Below, piece by piece: positions 60,586-64,000 of a stretch of 64,000 bases of DNA (its first letter is position 1; each line of letters starts with the position of its first letter). The DNA is from an uncultured Chloroflexia bacterium (lineage in GTDB: Bacteria; Chloroflexota; Limnocylindria; Limnocylindrales; CSP1-4). The notes beneath the pieces are model-generated. The model was given only the letters and a program-made list of their open reading frames with translations. It was not told the DNA's origin and ran no database searches. The position numbers were made by a program, and so were the translations under genes. The DNA lies in assembly GCA_963838285.1 (NCBI GenBank), contig CAWIQP010000007.1:194193-258192 (forward strand). The letters run 5' to 3'.

Positions 60586-61553
60586 TTAAAGAGTTCCGTC
60601 CATTTCGCGGACGGATTCAACCGGATATACGCGACTCCCGGCATGCCCGGTTTCAGGCGAGGGTCATTAATTTCCTGAAAGCTGATTTTTACGCGGAAAA
60701 CGAGCTTTTGTCGCTCTTCTGTTGCCTCAACCTCTTTGGGGGTGAACTGCGCCTTTTCAGAGACATAAGCCACCCGCGCGGGAAATTGCATGTCCGGTAT
60801 GGCATCGAGCACAACCCTGGCATCACCGCCCAAGGGAATCATGCCGGCATATTGCTCTGACAGATAAACATTCATGTGAATATCTGAGAGGTCGACAATG
60901 GTCAGTATCTTGCCGCCATTGGGCATGACCTCACCGGGTTCCGCCAGACGCGACAGCACAGGTCCCTTTATGGGGCTTTTCAGTACACAGTCGTTGATCT
61001 CCGATTTTAATATCTCCGTCTGGGCAATCGCGGCTTCAATGGCGTTATCGGCCTCGGTGATGGATGATTTTGCCGCCGTATATTCCGCTTCATAAGTCTG
61101 CTTGACCGTCTGATCACGGTCGAGTTGCTGTTGCGTAAAAATACCTTTTGCAAAGAGTTTCTTGGACCGGTCAAGTTCCTTTACCGCGAACGCCATCTTC
61201 AATCGAATGCTTTCAGCCATGGACATGGCGGTTTCCCGCGCTTGCTTTGCCCGTTTAACCTCGGCCTCGGCCTGCTTCAATTGGGCCTGAAGGGTGCTTG
61301 TGTCTATCCTGGCCACAATCTGATTTTTATGACAGAGGTCCCCTTCTTTCGCGAGGACTTCCGTGAGACGCCCTGCAAGCTTTGCTGAAACATCCACCTC
61401 GGTTGCCTCAAGGCGGCCGTTGCCCATTACAAAACCTTTTGGAATGGCATTCTTGTCTTTATTGGTATACAGATAAAAAATAAGAGCCCCTGCTAAGAGA
61501 ACCATGACTACAAGCGCAGCTGACTTTTTAAGAACATTTCCCTTTTCGGACAT
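60582..61553 (-). CDS. HlyD-family membrane fusion protein (YhiI-like)
   Basis: N-terminal TM anchor, coiled-coil hairpin and beta-barrel/lipoyl-like domains. The stop overlaps the rbbA-like start. Confidence 0.85.
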   Translation of the reverse strand: MSEKGNVLKKSAALVVMVLLAGALIFYLYTNKDKNAIPKGFVMGNGRLEATEVDVSAKLAGRLTEVLAKEGDLCHKNQIVARIDTSTLQAQLKQAEAEVKRAKQARETAMSMAESIRLKMAFAVKELDRSKKLFAKGIFTQQQLDRDQTVKQTYEAEYTAAKSSITEADNAIEAAIAQTEILKSEINDCVLKSPIKGPVLSRLAEPGEVMPNGGKILTIVDLSDIHMNVYLSEQYAGMIPLGGDARVVLDAIPDMQFPARVAYVSEKAQFTPKEVEATEERQKLVFRVKISFQEINDPRLKPGMPGVAYIRLNPSAKWTELFK

Positions 61554-61949
61554 ACCTTCCCCTTTATGAAACTAAATTTAGTATAATCATCAAAGAACTG
61601 TTTGGACGATTCAATTCATCATATGGCTTAAGTACGTTGTCTTCTCAAAACATTAAGCAGACAATCCGTGGCGTTTTGGAATTCCTTTTCAAATTCAGAC
61701 CCGGAAAGGTATGATTGAAAATAGTAAAATTTAATAATAACTTTATTTTGTGATGGAGAGTATAGGAAAAGCAATCCTATATGTCAAGAAAATCTCAATA
61801 AACTGATCACCAGAATTGTCCTGTGAAAAATGATATTAAATGGGCGGATAAAAAAAGAAAGCATTATCCTTTGATGTTGCACAGCTGCGCGGCTGCCCAA
61901 CTGCCCGGCTGCCCAGTTGCATGGGTGAGCATAACGAGAAACAGGGAGA

Positions 61950-64000
<2,051 letters not shown>

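Noticed and set aside
61861-61935. Short repeats 'GGCTGCCCAACTGCC / GGCTGCCCAGTTGC' between the HlyD-like gene start and the nadB end.
   Set aside because: They are too short and degenerate to call a defined operator or element. They are probably part of the promoter region of the HlyD–RbbA operon, and are noted only as a possible regulatory inverted motif.

Overview
The window is a composite of two compositionally unrelated segments joined near position 45,625.

Segment A (1 to about 45,625) is very GC-rich and gene-dense, roughly 70% G+C by eye. It looks like an Actinobacteria- or Chloroflexi-like chromosome, though taxonomy cannot be determined from this window. In order it carries:
- radC, mreB and a frameshifted mreC.
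- A dTDP-L-rhamnose operon (rmlA, rmlB, rmlD, rmlC).
- A beta-helical repeat protein.
- A complete WbpA/B/D/E/I-type pathway for UDP-2,3-diacetamido-2,3-dideoxy-mannuronic acid, followed by a GT4 glycosyltransferase, together forming a cell-envelope glycan cluster.
- A parvulin-type foldase.
- mazG, rph and rdgB.
- An IS110 transposase remnant.
- A TetR regulator and a GH13 hydrolase.
- An O-antigen-ligase-like membrane protein, then a small operon of unknown function (an acidic disordered protein plus a zinc-ribbon protein).
- A dihydrofolate-reductase-family protein and tRNA-Pro(TGG).
- Assorted metabolic genes: GH1 beta-glucosidase, class V aminotransferase, a GHMP kinase, a Cys/Met PLP enzyme and glutamine synthetase type III.
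- An ECF sigma / anti-sigma pair and an S9 peptidase.
- tRNA-Pro(CGG), abutted by the C-terminal two thirds of a large serine recombinase that is cut off at the composition break.

Segment B (about 45,626 to 64,000) is AT-rich, roughly 40% G+C. Many of its genes are interrupted by frameshifts: ligA, a Mut7-C RNase-domain protein, a uvrD-like helicase, a TMTC-like TPR membrane protein, nadB and tsaD. Intact genes include a YfcE phosphoesterase, a HIT hydrolase, an EF-G paralogue, pirin, and a yhiI–rbbA–yhhJ-like operon (HlyD, double-cassette ABC ATPase-permease, ABC-2 permease).

No CRISPR array, rRNA or intact prophage was found. The most notable items are the abrupt chimeric junction, the truncated serine recombinase next to tRNA-Pro, several unexplained tandem-repeat arrays in intergenic DNA, and the frameshift density, which is consistent with homopolymer sequencing errors.
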